64,000 nucleotides of DNA, taken from NCBI GenBank assembly GCA_011605725.1, contig JAAOZP010000004.1, positions 128,001-192,000 on the forward strand, in the 5' to 3' direction. Below the pieces are notes generated by a model, which did no database searches, was not told where the DNA came from, and worked only from the letters and a program-made list of their open reading frames with translations. The stretch is from Nitrososphaerota archaeon. GTDB taxonomy: Archaea > Thermoproteota > EX4484-205 > JAAOZP01. Position 1 is the stretch's first letter; each line of letters opens with the position of its first letter. A program made the translations under genes and the position numbers. Below, piece after piece: positions 1 to 9,174 of this stretch.

Positions 1-138
1 AAGATGCTTCCACTTTTAAAGAGGGAATACTCGTCCCGCAGCCTGGGGCACTGCAGAGTCTGCGGAAACCCTGCGGCGCGAGAAGTCTGTAGAGCATGCA
101 TGATAGTGGAGAAAATAAAGCCATTTCTAAGGGGTTAG
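1..138 (+). CDS. 3' end of a TtuA/NcsA (TIGR00269)-like tRNA 2-thiolation protein (partial, runs off the window)
   Basis: Frame 1 is open from base 1 to TAG at 136-138 and translates ...LGHCRVCGNPAAREVCRACMIVEKI..., the C-terminal CxxC-x8-CxxC zinc finger typical of this family. Confidence 0.55.
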   Translation, partial: KMLPLLKREYSSRSLGHCRVCGNPAAREVCRACMIVEKIKPFLRG

Positions 139-142
139 AACC

Positions 143-421
143 ATGAATCATAGTGTAAACAGGTCGCCGTTCATCTTCCCGGAGACCAGGCTTAGGCTCG
201 CCTCCCTACTAAGAATAAACGGTTTCCACGTGAGAATGCATGGGTACGAGTACCTAGTTTCCTACGGCAACGCGTTCCTATGCCTAATACTTCTCCAACC
301 CTTTGAGGCCACTGTTTTAATCAGGGTTTTCAAATGGATAGAAGAGTCCAGTATGCTGGTTGAGAAAATAGTCGGACTTGTTAAGACCCTGGACAAGACG
401 TCTAGAGTAATCACCTATTAG
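143..421 (+). CDS. hypothetical protein
   Basis: 92-aa ORF packed between neighbours on the same strand; no motif recognised. Confidence 0.55.
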   Translation: MNHSVNRSPFIFPETRLRLASLLRINGFHVRMHGYEYLVSYGNAFLCLILLQPFEATVLIRVFKWIEESSMLVEKIVGLVKTLDKTSRVITY

Positions 422-462
422 ACTGGCAAGCTTTTTAAAACCCTTCAGACTCTAGGCCCCGT

Positions 463-1896
463 ATGCAGCGCTTAGAGAAGCCGATGCTTCTAGACACCAC
501 GTTGAGAGAGGGTCTCCAGACTCCCGGAGTATACTTCACGCTTGAGGAGAGAGTCACGATAATGAGGGAGCTCGACAAGTCTGGTATAGATCTTATTGAA
601 ATAGGGTCCCCCTATACTGGCGAGGGTGAGAGAAGAATCGTGTCTGAGCTGAGCCGGATTGAGACGAGAGCCCTTAAAGCAGCTCATTGTAGAGCTTTAG
701 AATCGGATGTTGATACTGTTCCAGACGGTGTTGACTGGGTTGCTCTCTACCTATCCCCTGCCGACAGGCATCTGGAAGCGAAGTTTGAAAAAATAGTCGA
801 CAAGAGAGGGTTCGTTCTTACACAGGTTCCGAAAGCCATCAAGTATGCGAAGAGCAAGGGTTACAGAGTAAGGTATACGGCTGAGGATGCTTTCAGAGCA
901 GACCCAGTATTCCTCAAACAGGTTGTTGAGAAAGCTATTGAGGCGGGTGCTGACTCCATTAGTCTACCTGATACTTCAGGAGGAGCCTCGCCTACCGATG
1001 TTAGAAGGGTTTACGGAGAGATAAACAGGCTTATAAAGAATAGAAACAACCATAGCCTAATAGAGGCTCATTTTCACAACGACATGGGTATGGCTCTTGC
1101 GAACACCATAGAAGCCTGGATGAGCGGGGCGACGATACTCCACGGATCCATGAACTGGCTTGGAGAACGAGCAGGGATACCGGACACGCTCATCCTAGCT
1201 ACATGGATGAAAATCAGATACGGATATGAGTATGACTTGGCCAGCCTGATGAGACTTGCAGAATACGTGGAGAAAGTTTCGGGGATCAACATACCTCCGA
1301 ACAATCCTGTTTCTGGGAAAAACGTCTTCACGCATACTGCAGGCACCCATCAGAAAGCCGCTTTCAGAGACCCATTAACATACCAGCCTTTTGACGCGAG
1401 CATTGTGGGCAGGGAGAGCAGCTTCGCCCTTGGACCCATGGTTGGAAGCGAGGGTGTTAAGGCAGCCTTGAAGAAGAGGGGTGTTGAAATCGAGAAGCTT
1501 GAGGAGAGCGTGTTCGAAGAGATAAGGGATAGAGTTAAGTCAGCATATCTTCTGCACGGTAGAGGAGCCTCAGCCATGGAGAACATAATTATAGCTGAAG
1601 TGTTGAACAGAACTGGAGTAGCTAGAATAACTCTTCCGGAGAGCATTTCAGCGCAAATACTCATAGATGTTGAGAGCATGGGGGACAAGGATTTCGAGGA
1701 TTTCTGCAGGAAGCTGCTTGCGAGAGACAAAGGGGTTAGAGAGATAGTTGAAATATGGGGCTCATCCTTCGATTACATGGCCATGGTTGACAGGGTTTCA
1801 AGTCTGAAGGAGCTTGACAATATTGTTAACAGTTTTAGAAAGGCTAAGGGAGTTTTGAAAACAGAAACCCTGATAACAGGCAAGAAGATAGAATAA
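463..1896 (+). CDS. homocitrate synthase / isopropylmalate synthase family (DRE-TIM) with C-terminal Lrp/AsnC (RAM) ligand-binding domain
   Basis: LLDTTLREGLQ, HFHND, GERAG and HTAGTHQ motifs; C-terminus ending ...KGVLKTETLI resembles a RAM domain. Confidence 0.85.
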   Translation: MQRLEKPMLLDTTLREGLQTPGVYFTLEERVTIMRELDKSGIDLIEIGSPYTGEGERRIVSELSRIETRALKAAHCRALESDVDTVPDGVDWVALYLSPADRHLEAKFEKIVDKRGFVLTQVPKAIKYAKSKGYRVRYTAEDAFRADPVFLKQVVEKAIEAGADSISLPDTSGGASPTDVRRVYGEINRLIKNRNNHSLIEAHFHNDMGMALANTIEAWMSGATILHGSMNWLGERAGIPDTLILATWMKIRYGYEYDLASLMRLAEYVEKVSGINIPPNNPVSGKNVFTHTAGTHQKAAFRDPLTYQPFDASIVGRESSFALGPMVGSEGVKAALKKRGVEIEKLEESVFEEIRDRVKSAYLLHGRGASAMENIIIAEVLNRTGVARITLPESISAQILIDVESMGDKDFEDFCRKLLARDKGVREIVEIWGSSFDYMAMVDRVSSLKELDNIVNSFRKAKGVLKTETLITGKKIE

Positions 1897-1957
1897 TGCT
1901 TAAAACCAGAATCATCGATATTACTGCAAAGGTTTTAAGTAAGTATCTCCATAAGGT

Positions 1958-1969
1958 CTAGCGCGCTAG
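1958..1969. repeat. GC junction motif CTAGCGCGCTAG
   Basis: 12-bp palindrome in an intergenic position. Confidence 0.75.
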
Positions 1970-2015
1970 TTTTTTATGAAAAAGGTTAAATCAAGCATCC
2001 GTCTGGTTTTCCCTT

Positions 2016-2516
2016 ATGCTGATAGGTTTGATAAGCGATACGCATGATCACTTGACGATGATCGAGAGAGCAGTGGCTTTCTTCAACGATAAGAAGGTGA
2101 GCATCGTGCTTCACGCGGGGGATGTTATAAGCCCGTTCACCGCTAGGAAGTTTAAGGACTGCAGGTCGAGGCTCATACTTGTATATGGGAATAACGATGG
2201 CGATAGAGGTAATCTTCAAAGAGCTTTTTCTGAAATAGGTGCTCAGTTCTACTGGCCGGCCGCGATGCTAGAGTTGGATGGAAAGAAGATTCTTGTTCTC
2301 CATGGCGAAGACACGAGACTTATCGAGGATATAGCTAGTCGAGGAATGTTTGACCTCATCGTCTCCGGTCACACGCATGAGCCGCATGTGAGAAGCATTG
2401 GAAATACGCTCTGGGTTAATCCAGGTGAAGCATGCGGCTACTTAACGAACAGGCCGACAGTAGGGCTATACGATTCCATGAAGCATAGAGCAGAAATAAT
2501 AGAGTTAAAGGGTTAA
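2016..2516 (+). CDS. YfcE/MJ0936-family metallophosphoesterase
   Basis: SDTHD, HAGD, GNND, HG, GHTH and NPGE motifs. Confidence 0.9.
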   Translation: MLIGLISDTHDHLTMIERAVAFFNDKKVSIVLHAGDVISPFTARKFKDCRSRLILVYGNNDGDRGNLQRAFSEIGAQFYWPAAMLELDGKKILVLHGEDTRLIEDIASRGMFDLIVSGHTHEPHVRSIGNTLWVNPGEACGYLTNRPTVGLYDSMKHRAEIIELKG

Positions 2517-2611
2517 AAATAAAATGCCGTTACAGCGTTTATAAAAATGTTCCACCATTAAGATTAGGGATGGAAGTGGCAGTCAATATTACAAACAGCC
2601 AGAATTCAGCT

Positions 2612-2621
2612 GCGCGCGCTA
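2612..2621. repeat. GC junction motif GCGCGCGCTA
   Basis: Intergenic, between the phosphoesterase and leuC. Confidence 0.8.
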
Positions 2622-2700
2622 TTCGTCACGAATACACGGTGGAATCAGGAAACCGTTAGGTTAAATTTTATATATGGAGCACTTATGGAAAGGCTGAGAA

Positions 2701-3963
2701 TTGGGTGAAACACTGATTCAGAAACTATTCAGAAACAAGCTTGGGAAAACGGTAAAGCCTGGGGAAATAGTAGTTGTAGACATCGATCTTGCTTATGCTC
2801 ATGACGGTACCGGCCCGCTCGCCATAGACGCTTTCCGTGAATTAGGCTCCAGCAAGGTGCTGGACCACTCCAGAATAAGGTTCGTCATAGACCATGCTTC
2901 ACCAAGTCCCAATGAGGGTGCTTCAAACCTACAACTTAAGCTCAGAGGCTTCGCAAGGGAGAATAGCATCAAAGTTTATGATGTTGGAGAAGGAATATGC
3001 CACCAAGTAATACCTGAGAACGAGGCTCTGAAACCGGGAATGATGATAGTGGGAGCGGATTCTCATACCGTCACGCTGGGAGCTTTCAGTCTTTTCGCGA
3101 CAGGAATAGGTTCGACAGACTTCGCTGAAGTAATGAGCTCGGGGAAACTGTGGTTCAAGATCCCGGAGGCCATGAAAGTCTCTTTAACCGGGAGATTGAG
3201 CCCGGGCGTTATGTCTAAAGACCTTATCCTGAGGATAATAGGAGACATGGGTGCTGACGGAGCCACCTACATGAGCGTTGAATTCCAAGGGGACGGGGTG
3301 AAAACGCTTTCAATGGCGAGCAGAATGACTGTTTGCAACATGGTTGTTGAAATGGGGGCTAAGAACGGCATCTTCCCGTTAGACGAGGTTACTGCAAGGC
3401 ATGTGGATACGAGCGGTTTAAGAGACAAGAGTATCTTCAAGCCTGATGAAAATGCTGAATACGCCATAAGCCTCAACTACAAGCTTGACGAGCTTGAGCC
3501 AGTAGTGGCGGCACCCCATAACGTTGACAATGTTAAACCAGTTAAGGAGCTTGAAGGACTAGAGGTCAACCAAGTCTTCATTGGCTCATGCACGAATGGT
3601 AGAGAAGAAGATTTTGAAATAGCTGCTAAAATACTTTCGAAGAAGGGTGTAAAGAAAGGAGTTAGATGCATAGCGATACCGGCCTCTAGGAAAGTGTTTC
3701 TAAACCTTCTCAAGAAAAGCATTATAGACAAGCTTGTTTCAGCAGGGTGCACAGTGACTCACAGCACGTGTGGACCATGCTTAGGAGTGCATTTCGGAAT
3801 ACTTGGCTCAGGGGAAGTTGCTGTCTCAACATCCAACAGGAATTTCAGGGGTAGAATGGGCAACCCTGAGTCAAGCATATACTTGGCGAGCCCAGCTACT
3901 GCAGCGGCTTCAGCCGTAGAAGGAGTCATAACAGACCCTAGAAAGCTTTTGGGAGGAGGGTGA
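2701..3963 (+). CDS. leuC: 3-isopropylmalate dehydratase / homoaconitase large subunit
   Basis: DH, GICHQ, GADSHT, GSCTNGR, CGPC and SNRNFxGRMG motifs. Confidence 0.9.
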   Translation: MGETLIQKLFRNKLGKTVKPGEIVVVDIDLAYAHDGTGPLAIDAFRELGSSKVLDHSRIRFVIDHASPSPNEGASNLQLKLRGFARENSIKVYDVGEGICHQVIPENEALKPGMMIVGADSHTVTLGAFSLFATGIGSTDFAEVMSSGKLWFKIPEAMKVSLTGRLSPGVMSKDLILRIIGDMGADGATYMSVEFQGDGVKTLSMASRMTVCNMVVEMGAKNGIFPLDEVTARHVDTSGLRDKSIFKPDENAEYAISLNYKLDELEPVVAAPHNVDNVKPVKELEGLEVNQVFIGSCTNGREEDFEIAAKILSKKGVKKGVRCIAIPASRKVFLNLLKKSIIDKLVSAGCTVTHSTCGPCLGVHFGILGSGEVAVSTSNRNFRGRMGNPESSIYLASPATAAASAVEGVITDPRKLLGGG

Positions 3964-3967
3964 GAGA

Positions 3968-4462
3968 ATGATCTTGAAAGGGAGGGTCTGGGTCCTCGGA
4001 GACCATATCAATACTGATGTGATAATACCTGCGAAATACAAGTTTAGGACCGGAGACTTCAAGGAGCTTGCGAAACATGTTTTCGAAGACCTTGACCCCA
4101 CGCTGGCTTCAAAAATATCTAAGGGGGACATCATTATAGCCGGCAGAAATTTTGGAATGGGTTCCAGTAGAGAGCATGCCCCGAGAGTAATTAAGGAGGC
4201 AGGGATATCAGCCATAGTAGCATGCTCCTTCGCCAGAATATTCTTCAGAAACGCGATAAATGTTGGGCTCCCCGTCGTAGAAGTTAAAGACATTAATAAA
4301 AATTTTAAACAGGGGGATATAGCCCTCATAGACTTCGAGAAAGGAGTTGTTAGGAACGAAACTACGGGCGTTGAGCTGAAATTCTCACCATACCCGGAAT
4401 TCATAATGAACATGATGAAGGCAGGAGGGCTTGCTGCATACAGGAAAAGCCTTAAAGCCTAA
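3968..4462 (+). CDS. leuD: 3-isopropylmalate dehydratase / homoaconitase small subunit
   Basis: INTDVIIP, NFGMGSSREHA and FARIFFRNAINVGL motifs; directly follows the large subunit. Confidence 0.9.
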   Translation: MILKGRVWVLGDHINTDVIIPAKYKFRTGDFKELAKHVFEDLDPTLASKISKGDIIIAGRNFGMGSSREHAPRVIKEAGISAIVACSFARIFFRNAINVGLPVVEVKDINKNFKQGDIALIDFEKGVVRNETTGVELKFSPYPEFIMNMMKAGGLAAYRKSLKA

Positions 4463-4588
4463 ATATGCCTTAAAAACCTGCTTGAAAATCAGAGTCAATG
4501 CTCCTTGACCACTAGTCGAGGAAGCAAGAAATAAATACGATATTCCTAAGCTAAGTAATCATGGCAAATACGAATTCAAACGAGGTTT

Positions 4589-4600
4589 TAGCGCGCGCGC
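4589..4600. repeat. GC junction motif TAGCGCGCGCGC
   Basis: Intergenic, after leuD. Confidence 0.8.
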
Positions 4601-4795
4601 CATGTGGATCGTTTACTACTTATACTGGACAATAGTTCGCAGAAAAGCCTTCTTAAGGTATGGAGCAAGAAACGGGGGAGAAAAACGGGTTTAGGACGGA
4701 AAAATTTAGTATATATTTTTAGCTGAAATCTTATTTTAATTCACAATAACTAACCAATAGATTTACAAGCCCGAGTCGCATAGAAAGTTAGTGTC

Positions 4796-5836
4796 CTATT
4801 TCCTAAGTTTTTCCACAGACTTTCTGGCTATTTCCTCAGCCATCTGCTGCGTTGTGGCTGAGCCTCCGAGGTCGTATGTTACAATCCTGTTTTCAGCTAT
4901 GACCTCCTCGGTTGCTTCGAAAACCGCTTTGGAAAGGTCTTTCTCTCCAAGGTAGTCGAGCATCCATGCTCCTGCAAGGATCATTGCAGTTGGGTTAACC
5001 TTGTTCAACCCCTTGTACTTTGGCGCGCTCCCGTGCGCTGGCTCAAACATCGCGTAATCGTCTCCGAAGTTGGCTGAGTATACTAGCCCTATGTTCCCGA
5101 TTAGTGCTGAAGCCTCTTCGGTTAGAATATCCATGAAAAGGTTTGTGCCCAAGATAACGTTCTGGTTGAACCTCTGTGGGTTCTTAATCAATTGCTGGGC
5201 AAAATTGTCTACGAAATAGTTTTCAACTTCTATTCCAGGGTATTCTCCACCAATCCTCATTACTGCAGGAATGAAGATACCTCCGTCGGTAAGCTTCAGT
5301 ATGTTAGCCTTATTAATGACTATGACTTTCCTCCATCCCCTCGCCTTAGCCTGTTCGAAAGCGAATCTAGCAACCTTCTCTGAGGCAGTTCTAGATATTT
5401 TTCTTAAAGCTATCCCTATGTCGTCTGAAACCATGAACTCAATGCCCGCGTAGAGCCCTTCAGTGCCTTCCCTGACGAAAAGCATGTCTACTGGGCCGAG
5501 TGGCCCCTCTCGCCCCCTGAAGGTTTTAATCGGCCTCACGTTAGCGTAAAGGTTGAAGGCCTGCCTTATGGTGACTGCAACACTCTTAGGAGTATGCGGG
5601 TCCGGCAGTGTTGTAACCGGCGCCTTGTAGCAAGCATCGCTCTCCCTGAGGGCTTCCCATGTTTCCTCCGGGAAATAGGTTGGTCCACCGTGCTGCTGCC
5701 ACCATTCTGACCCAGCGTCCCTAACGAGGAACTCTAAGCGTTCCGTCGCCCCGATTGCGTTCATAACTTTCATAGCTGCCTCAGTCAGCTCTGGACCAGT
5801 GCCGTCGCCCCTGATCACGACAACCTTCTTAACCAA
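4796..5836 (-). CDS. isocitrate / isopropylmalate / homoisocitrate dehydrogenase family
   Basis: [26 protein letters not shown] and [11 protein letters not shown] motifs. Confidence 0.9.
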   Translation of the reverse strand: MVKKVVVIRGDGTGPELTEAAMKVMNAIGATERLEFLVRDAGSEWWQQHGGPTYFPEETWEALRESDACYKAPVTTLPDPHTPKSVAVTIRQAFNLYANVRPIKTFRGREGPLGPVDMLFVREGTEGLYAGIEFMVSDDIGIALRKISRTASEKVARFAFEQAKARGWRKVIVINKANILKLTDGGIFIPAVMRIGGEYPGIEVENYFVDNFAQQLIKNPQRFNQNVILGTNLFMDILTEEASALIGNIGLVYSANFGDDYAMFEPAHGSAPKYKGLNKVNPTAMILAGAWMLDYLGEKDLSKAVFEATEEVIAENRIVTYDLGGSATTQQMAEEIARKSVEKLRK

Positions 5837-5898
5837 GCGAGGATCCCATAGGTTTGAAAAACACCAGTATAAAAACTTATTATGTCTCCAGCCTAACT

Positions 5899-6417
5899 CT
5901 AGTATACTCCAGGCCTCTCAGACACGCTTATGTTTTCGAACATGAATCTCCCCCTGTAGAGCTGCGAAGAATCCTCCAGGCTTAACAGTATGAGTTGAGC
6001 AACCCTCGCCTCTTCCGCAATCCTAATGCCCTGTCTGTTGAACACAACCATCAGCCCCATACCTCTACCCCTGTAACCCGGATCCCAGACAGCAGTATAA
6101 ATGGTTGCACCATTCCTGAGAAGACTTGACCTTGGAAGGAGAAGACCCAAGTATCCTGCCGGAATATTTACGATCTCGTGATAAGTCACCCTATAGCTTC
6201 CCTGCGGCAGCTCGTAGAAACCACTGTTCGGAAGTATGTTAAGACCCTTTGGGAACCTTGGTTCAGCACTTATCTCGCCTGTTTCAACGAGAACCTCTAT
6301 TTTCTCCAGCGTAAGGTCAACGCCGGCTGGCTGAACCTGCTCCTCAACGCTTCTTAAACCCTCTACAACACCCATCTCAACCATTCTTCTACCGGATAAG
6401 GCTGGCATTAGGATCAT
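5899..6417 (-). CDS. dUTPase / dCTP deaminase family
   Basis: QPAGVDLT, PRSSLLR, WDPGYRG and RVAQL motifs. Confidence 0.85.
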   Translation of the reverse strand: MILMPALSGRRMVEMGVVEGLRSVEEQVQPAGVDLTLEKIEVLVETGEISAEPRFPKGLNILPNSGFYELPQGSYRVTYHEIVNIPAGYLGLLLPRSSLLRNGATIYTAVWDPGYRGRGMGLMVVFNRQGIRIAEEARVAQLILLSLEDSSQLYRGRFMFENISVSERPGVY

Positions 6418-7246
6418 CCTCCGTTGAAACCCTGTAGCCTGCTCCTACGGCTACAGCATACTCAGGCAGCTTAGGCACTATGGGTTGGACTCCGAAGCTT
6501 GAAAGAGCCTTCTGAATACTTTTCAGGACGGGCGGCAGTTTCGCAACCCTCCCGACTAGGATAACTTTATCCTCGAGCTGAAGCTTAGAGGCAGCTAGAA
6601 ACGTGACTGAAGCCACTACTTCCCCAACCAGGTTAGCTATTCCAGCAGCCAGGTCCTCAGGGCTGGAAGTGTCTCCAACCCTTCCCAGGTTGGAGGCAGT
6701 CATCTCAGGAGAGAGTATACCTATCCCGTTGCCAACTATGTCTCCTACAGTCAGGTCGACTTTTCTAGAGTCTCCCTTCTCAGCCATCTCCACTAGAATG
6801 CTTACGCTCGAGATCCCCAGCATCTTCCTCGCCAGCCCAAGCAGAGTACCCCCGCCGACGCCGGTTCCGCCGACATGTCTTATCCTTTTCCCGTTTTCCC
6901 TAACCTCTATCAGGGCCGTGCCAGTACCCATGCTTACAACCAGGGCTTCATTCAACCCGGTTAAGACTATCCCACCCGTGCCCGCGGCGATGATCTCGTT
7001 AACCTTAACCACCTTCAGTCCGAGAATGCTGTCTGGAAGCTGACTGCTCCTGCCGCCAGCTATCGCTAACACTCCAACATCCTTCAGGGAGCAGCCCATC
7101 ATAACTATAAGCTTCCCGAGGAGCCCTATGGAGGTGGCGAGTGGATCTGAAGACGGCATTTCGCTAACGCCGAGAACCTCCTTGCCTTTCAAGGCAACGG
7201 CCTTCGTCGTCGAACCTCCGATATCTATTCCAACAGCGATCCTCAA
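6389..7246 (-). CDS. type II pantothenate kinase-like (Fumble/ASKHA) protein
   Basis: GIDIGGSTTK, VNEI, SMGTGT, HVGGTGVGGGT, DLTVGDI and TASNLG, as in Staphylococcus/Bacillus CoaW. Confidence 0.75.
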   Translation of the reverse strand: MRIAVGIDIGGSTTKAVALKGKEVLGVSEMPSSDPLATSIGLLGKLIVMMGCSLKDVGVLAIAGGRSSQLPDSILGLKVVKVNEIIAAGTGGIVLTGLNEALVVSMGTGTALIEVRENGKRIRHVGGTGVGGGTLLGLARKMLGISSVSILVEMAEKGDSRKVDLTVGDIVGNGIGILSPEMTASNLGRVGDTSSPEDLAAGIANLVGEVVASVTFLAASKLQLEDKVILVGRVAKLPPVLKSIQKALSSFGVQPIVPKLPEYAVAVGAGYRVSTEDDPNASLIR

Positions 7247-7298
7247 CCTTATACTAACAGTGTGAAGACAGTTTTAACCTTTTACAGCAACCTGTTTA

Positions 7299-8090
7299 TC
7301 ATCTAGCAGGCTTAAGAAAAGGGTAGGCCTTGTACATCAAGTCTAGTACTGGAGGCACTACCAGTATGAATGGGATTTCTGTTCCGAAAACCCATAGGAA
7401 GAAATAGAAAGCTAGGGCAAGGTCCGCCCTGACTCCTGAAAGCGGGAGCCCGAAAAGCTGGCTGTAAAACCATATGCCTAAGCCTATCCAAGCAGCGCCC
7501 GTGAGGAGACCCAGTGTCCCGCCCACATAGTAATTCAGATAATCCTTTCTAATCCTGCTTGCGGCAAGACCCAGTGTGAGCACGATAATCCCGAGGATCA
7601 GAAGAAAAATTGAAACCCATCCCGTACCGTTTTCAACCATCTCCATCGAAACCATGTATTCAAAGTATAGAAGAGGACCGAAGGCCGCTATTGCAAGAAA
7701 CATTAAAGGTATAATTGTCTTTAAGCCGTTCCAGTTCGCTCTAGACCTGCCTATCCTACCTATAATGTAGAACCCGAGAAAGTTGGAGGGTACTCCAGCG
7801 ATAAGGCTTAGAAGGGGATTCGTCTGTCCAGTAGTGTAGAACACATACAGGTCGCTCAGAAAGATCCCTATTGCTGCACCCATTCCTCCTGTTAAAGGGC
7901 CGAAAAGCATTGAAAAGACTGCTGGCACGAATACCGATGGCCAGAACCTCACCACGCCTACAACAGGCGTAAAGACCCCTAGGAAGGTTGCGATTCCTAC
8001 CACCGTGTAGAGCGCGGCGCAAAGACCTGTCGCCACGACTCTTCTCGCCAAGGATGTTTGAACACCGTTTCGCGAGACCATTGTTTCCAC
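7299..8090 (-). CDS. ECF transporter S-component-like membrane protein
   Basis: Multiple TM helices; VRFWP...FGPxxGxxGAAIGxFLSD signature. Confidence 0.65.
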   Translation of the reverse strand: METMVSRNGVQTSLARRVVATGLCAALYTVVGIATFLGVFTPVVGVVRFWPSVFVPAVFSMLFGPLTGGMGAAIGIFLSDLYVFYTTGQTNPLLSLIAGVPSNFLGFYIIGRIGRSRANWNGLKTIIPLMFLAIAAFGPLLYFEYMVSMEMVENGTGWVSIFLLILGIIVLTLGLAASRIRKDYLNYYVGGTLGLLTGAAWIGLGIWFYSQLFGLPLSGVRADLALAFYFFLWVFGTEIPFILVVPPVLDLMYKAYPFLKPAR

Positions 8091-8190
8091 GGTTTCATTA
8101 AGCCTTGTATAAATCTACCGTATTGATTTTATATATCATGCATAAAAATTCAAAAAGTATATATTTTCTCTTTTCAGTAAATACTTAACG

Positions 8191-9174
8191 TTGGTCTGGA
8201 AAAGAAGAGTCTTAAGAGCGGGGTCAGGCTCATTCCTCGTGACTCTTCCAAAAACCTGGGTTAGGCAGAGCAAGATAGATACTGGAACAATTATAACCAT
8301 GGTCAGTAACAAGGATGGTTCTCTCACGATAATACCTGAAGGAGGCGGTAGGCTTTTGGAGGAGGTTGTTAAAATAGACCTTTCCCGTCAGGGTTTGAAG
8401 CCGCAGCACGTCCTGCTCGGATGCTATCTACTCGGCTACAACACGATAATCATCAGGAGCGGGGAAGAGTTTTCAACAGCTGAAATATCAGAAGTACGTA
8501 AGATAGTTAGGAGACTCCCTGGAGCAGAAATATCGGAGGAGACTTCAAGCCAGATAGAGGTTAGAGTCCTACTCGATCCGGAGATGATTACTCCTGAGAA
8601 ACTCTTGAGGAGGCAGAGTGCTCTTGCTGCAAGCATGATGTCTGACTGTGTTAAAGCGCTGGTGAAGATGGATAGGGAACTTGCGGAAAGGGTTATTGAA
8701 AGAGATGAGGAGGTTGACAGGCAATACTTTATATTCGTCAGGGTGATCAGGTCTGCCCTCAGGAATCCTGAGCTTCCGGCTAAGATGGGGATGGACTTTC
8801 TGAATCTGATGGATCTCAGGATGCTTGTGAAATACGTTGAGGACTCTGCAGACCAATGTGTCCAAATATCCAGGGAGGTTGTGAAGATGCATGGCAAGGT
8901 TAAAAAAATAAGCTTAACCGGGTTGAGCAGCATAGGCGAAACACTGAGCGATATGCATACTAAAGCGATAGGGCTCTTCAACACGTTTAACGCCGGCGTT
9001 ATGAGCGAAATAATGGAGAAGCATGCGGAAGTCGAAGAGATGCTTTTAAGCCTTGAGGAGAAGCAGGATTACCGGCCATACGCCACCAGCCTAGTTAAAG
9101 TCTTCAACAGCCTTGTGAAAATACTTGAAAACATTAAGGATATTGTGGAGCTCGTGTCGATAAAAGCTTTTTAA
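8191..9174 (+). CDS. phoU: phosphate uptake regulator PhoU with N-terminal AbrB domain
   Basis: N-terminal GSFLVTLPKTWV (AbrB); ERDEEVDRQY PhoU motif. Confidence 0.85.
   Translation: MVWKRRVLRAGSGSFLVTLPKTWVRQSKIDTGTIITMVSNKDGSLTIIPEGGGRLLEEVVKIDLSRQGLKPQHVLLGCYLLGYNTIIIRSGEEFSTAEISEVRKIVRRLPGAEISEETSSQIEVRVLLDPEMITPEKLLRRQSALAASMMSDCVKALVKMDRELAERVIERDEEVDRQYFIFVRVIRSALRNPELPAKMGMDFLNLMDLRMLVKYVEDSADQCVQISREVVKMHGKVKKISLTGLSSIGETLSDMHTKAIGLFNTFNAGVMSEIMEKHAEVEEMLLSLEEKQDYRPYATSLVKVFNSLVKILENIKDIVELVSIKAF

Noticed and set aside
463-1896. Synthase-RAM domain fusion as a novelty
   Set aside because: A homocitrate synthase with a C-terminal RAM regulatory domain is already known from Sulfolobales.
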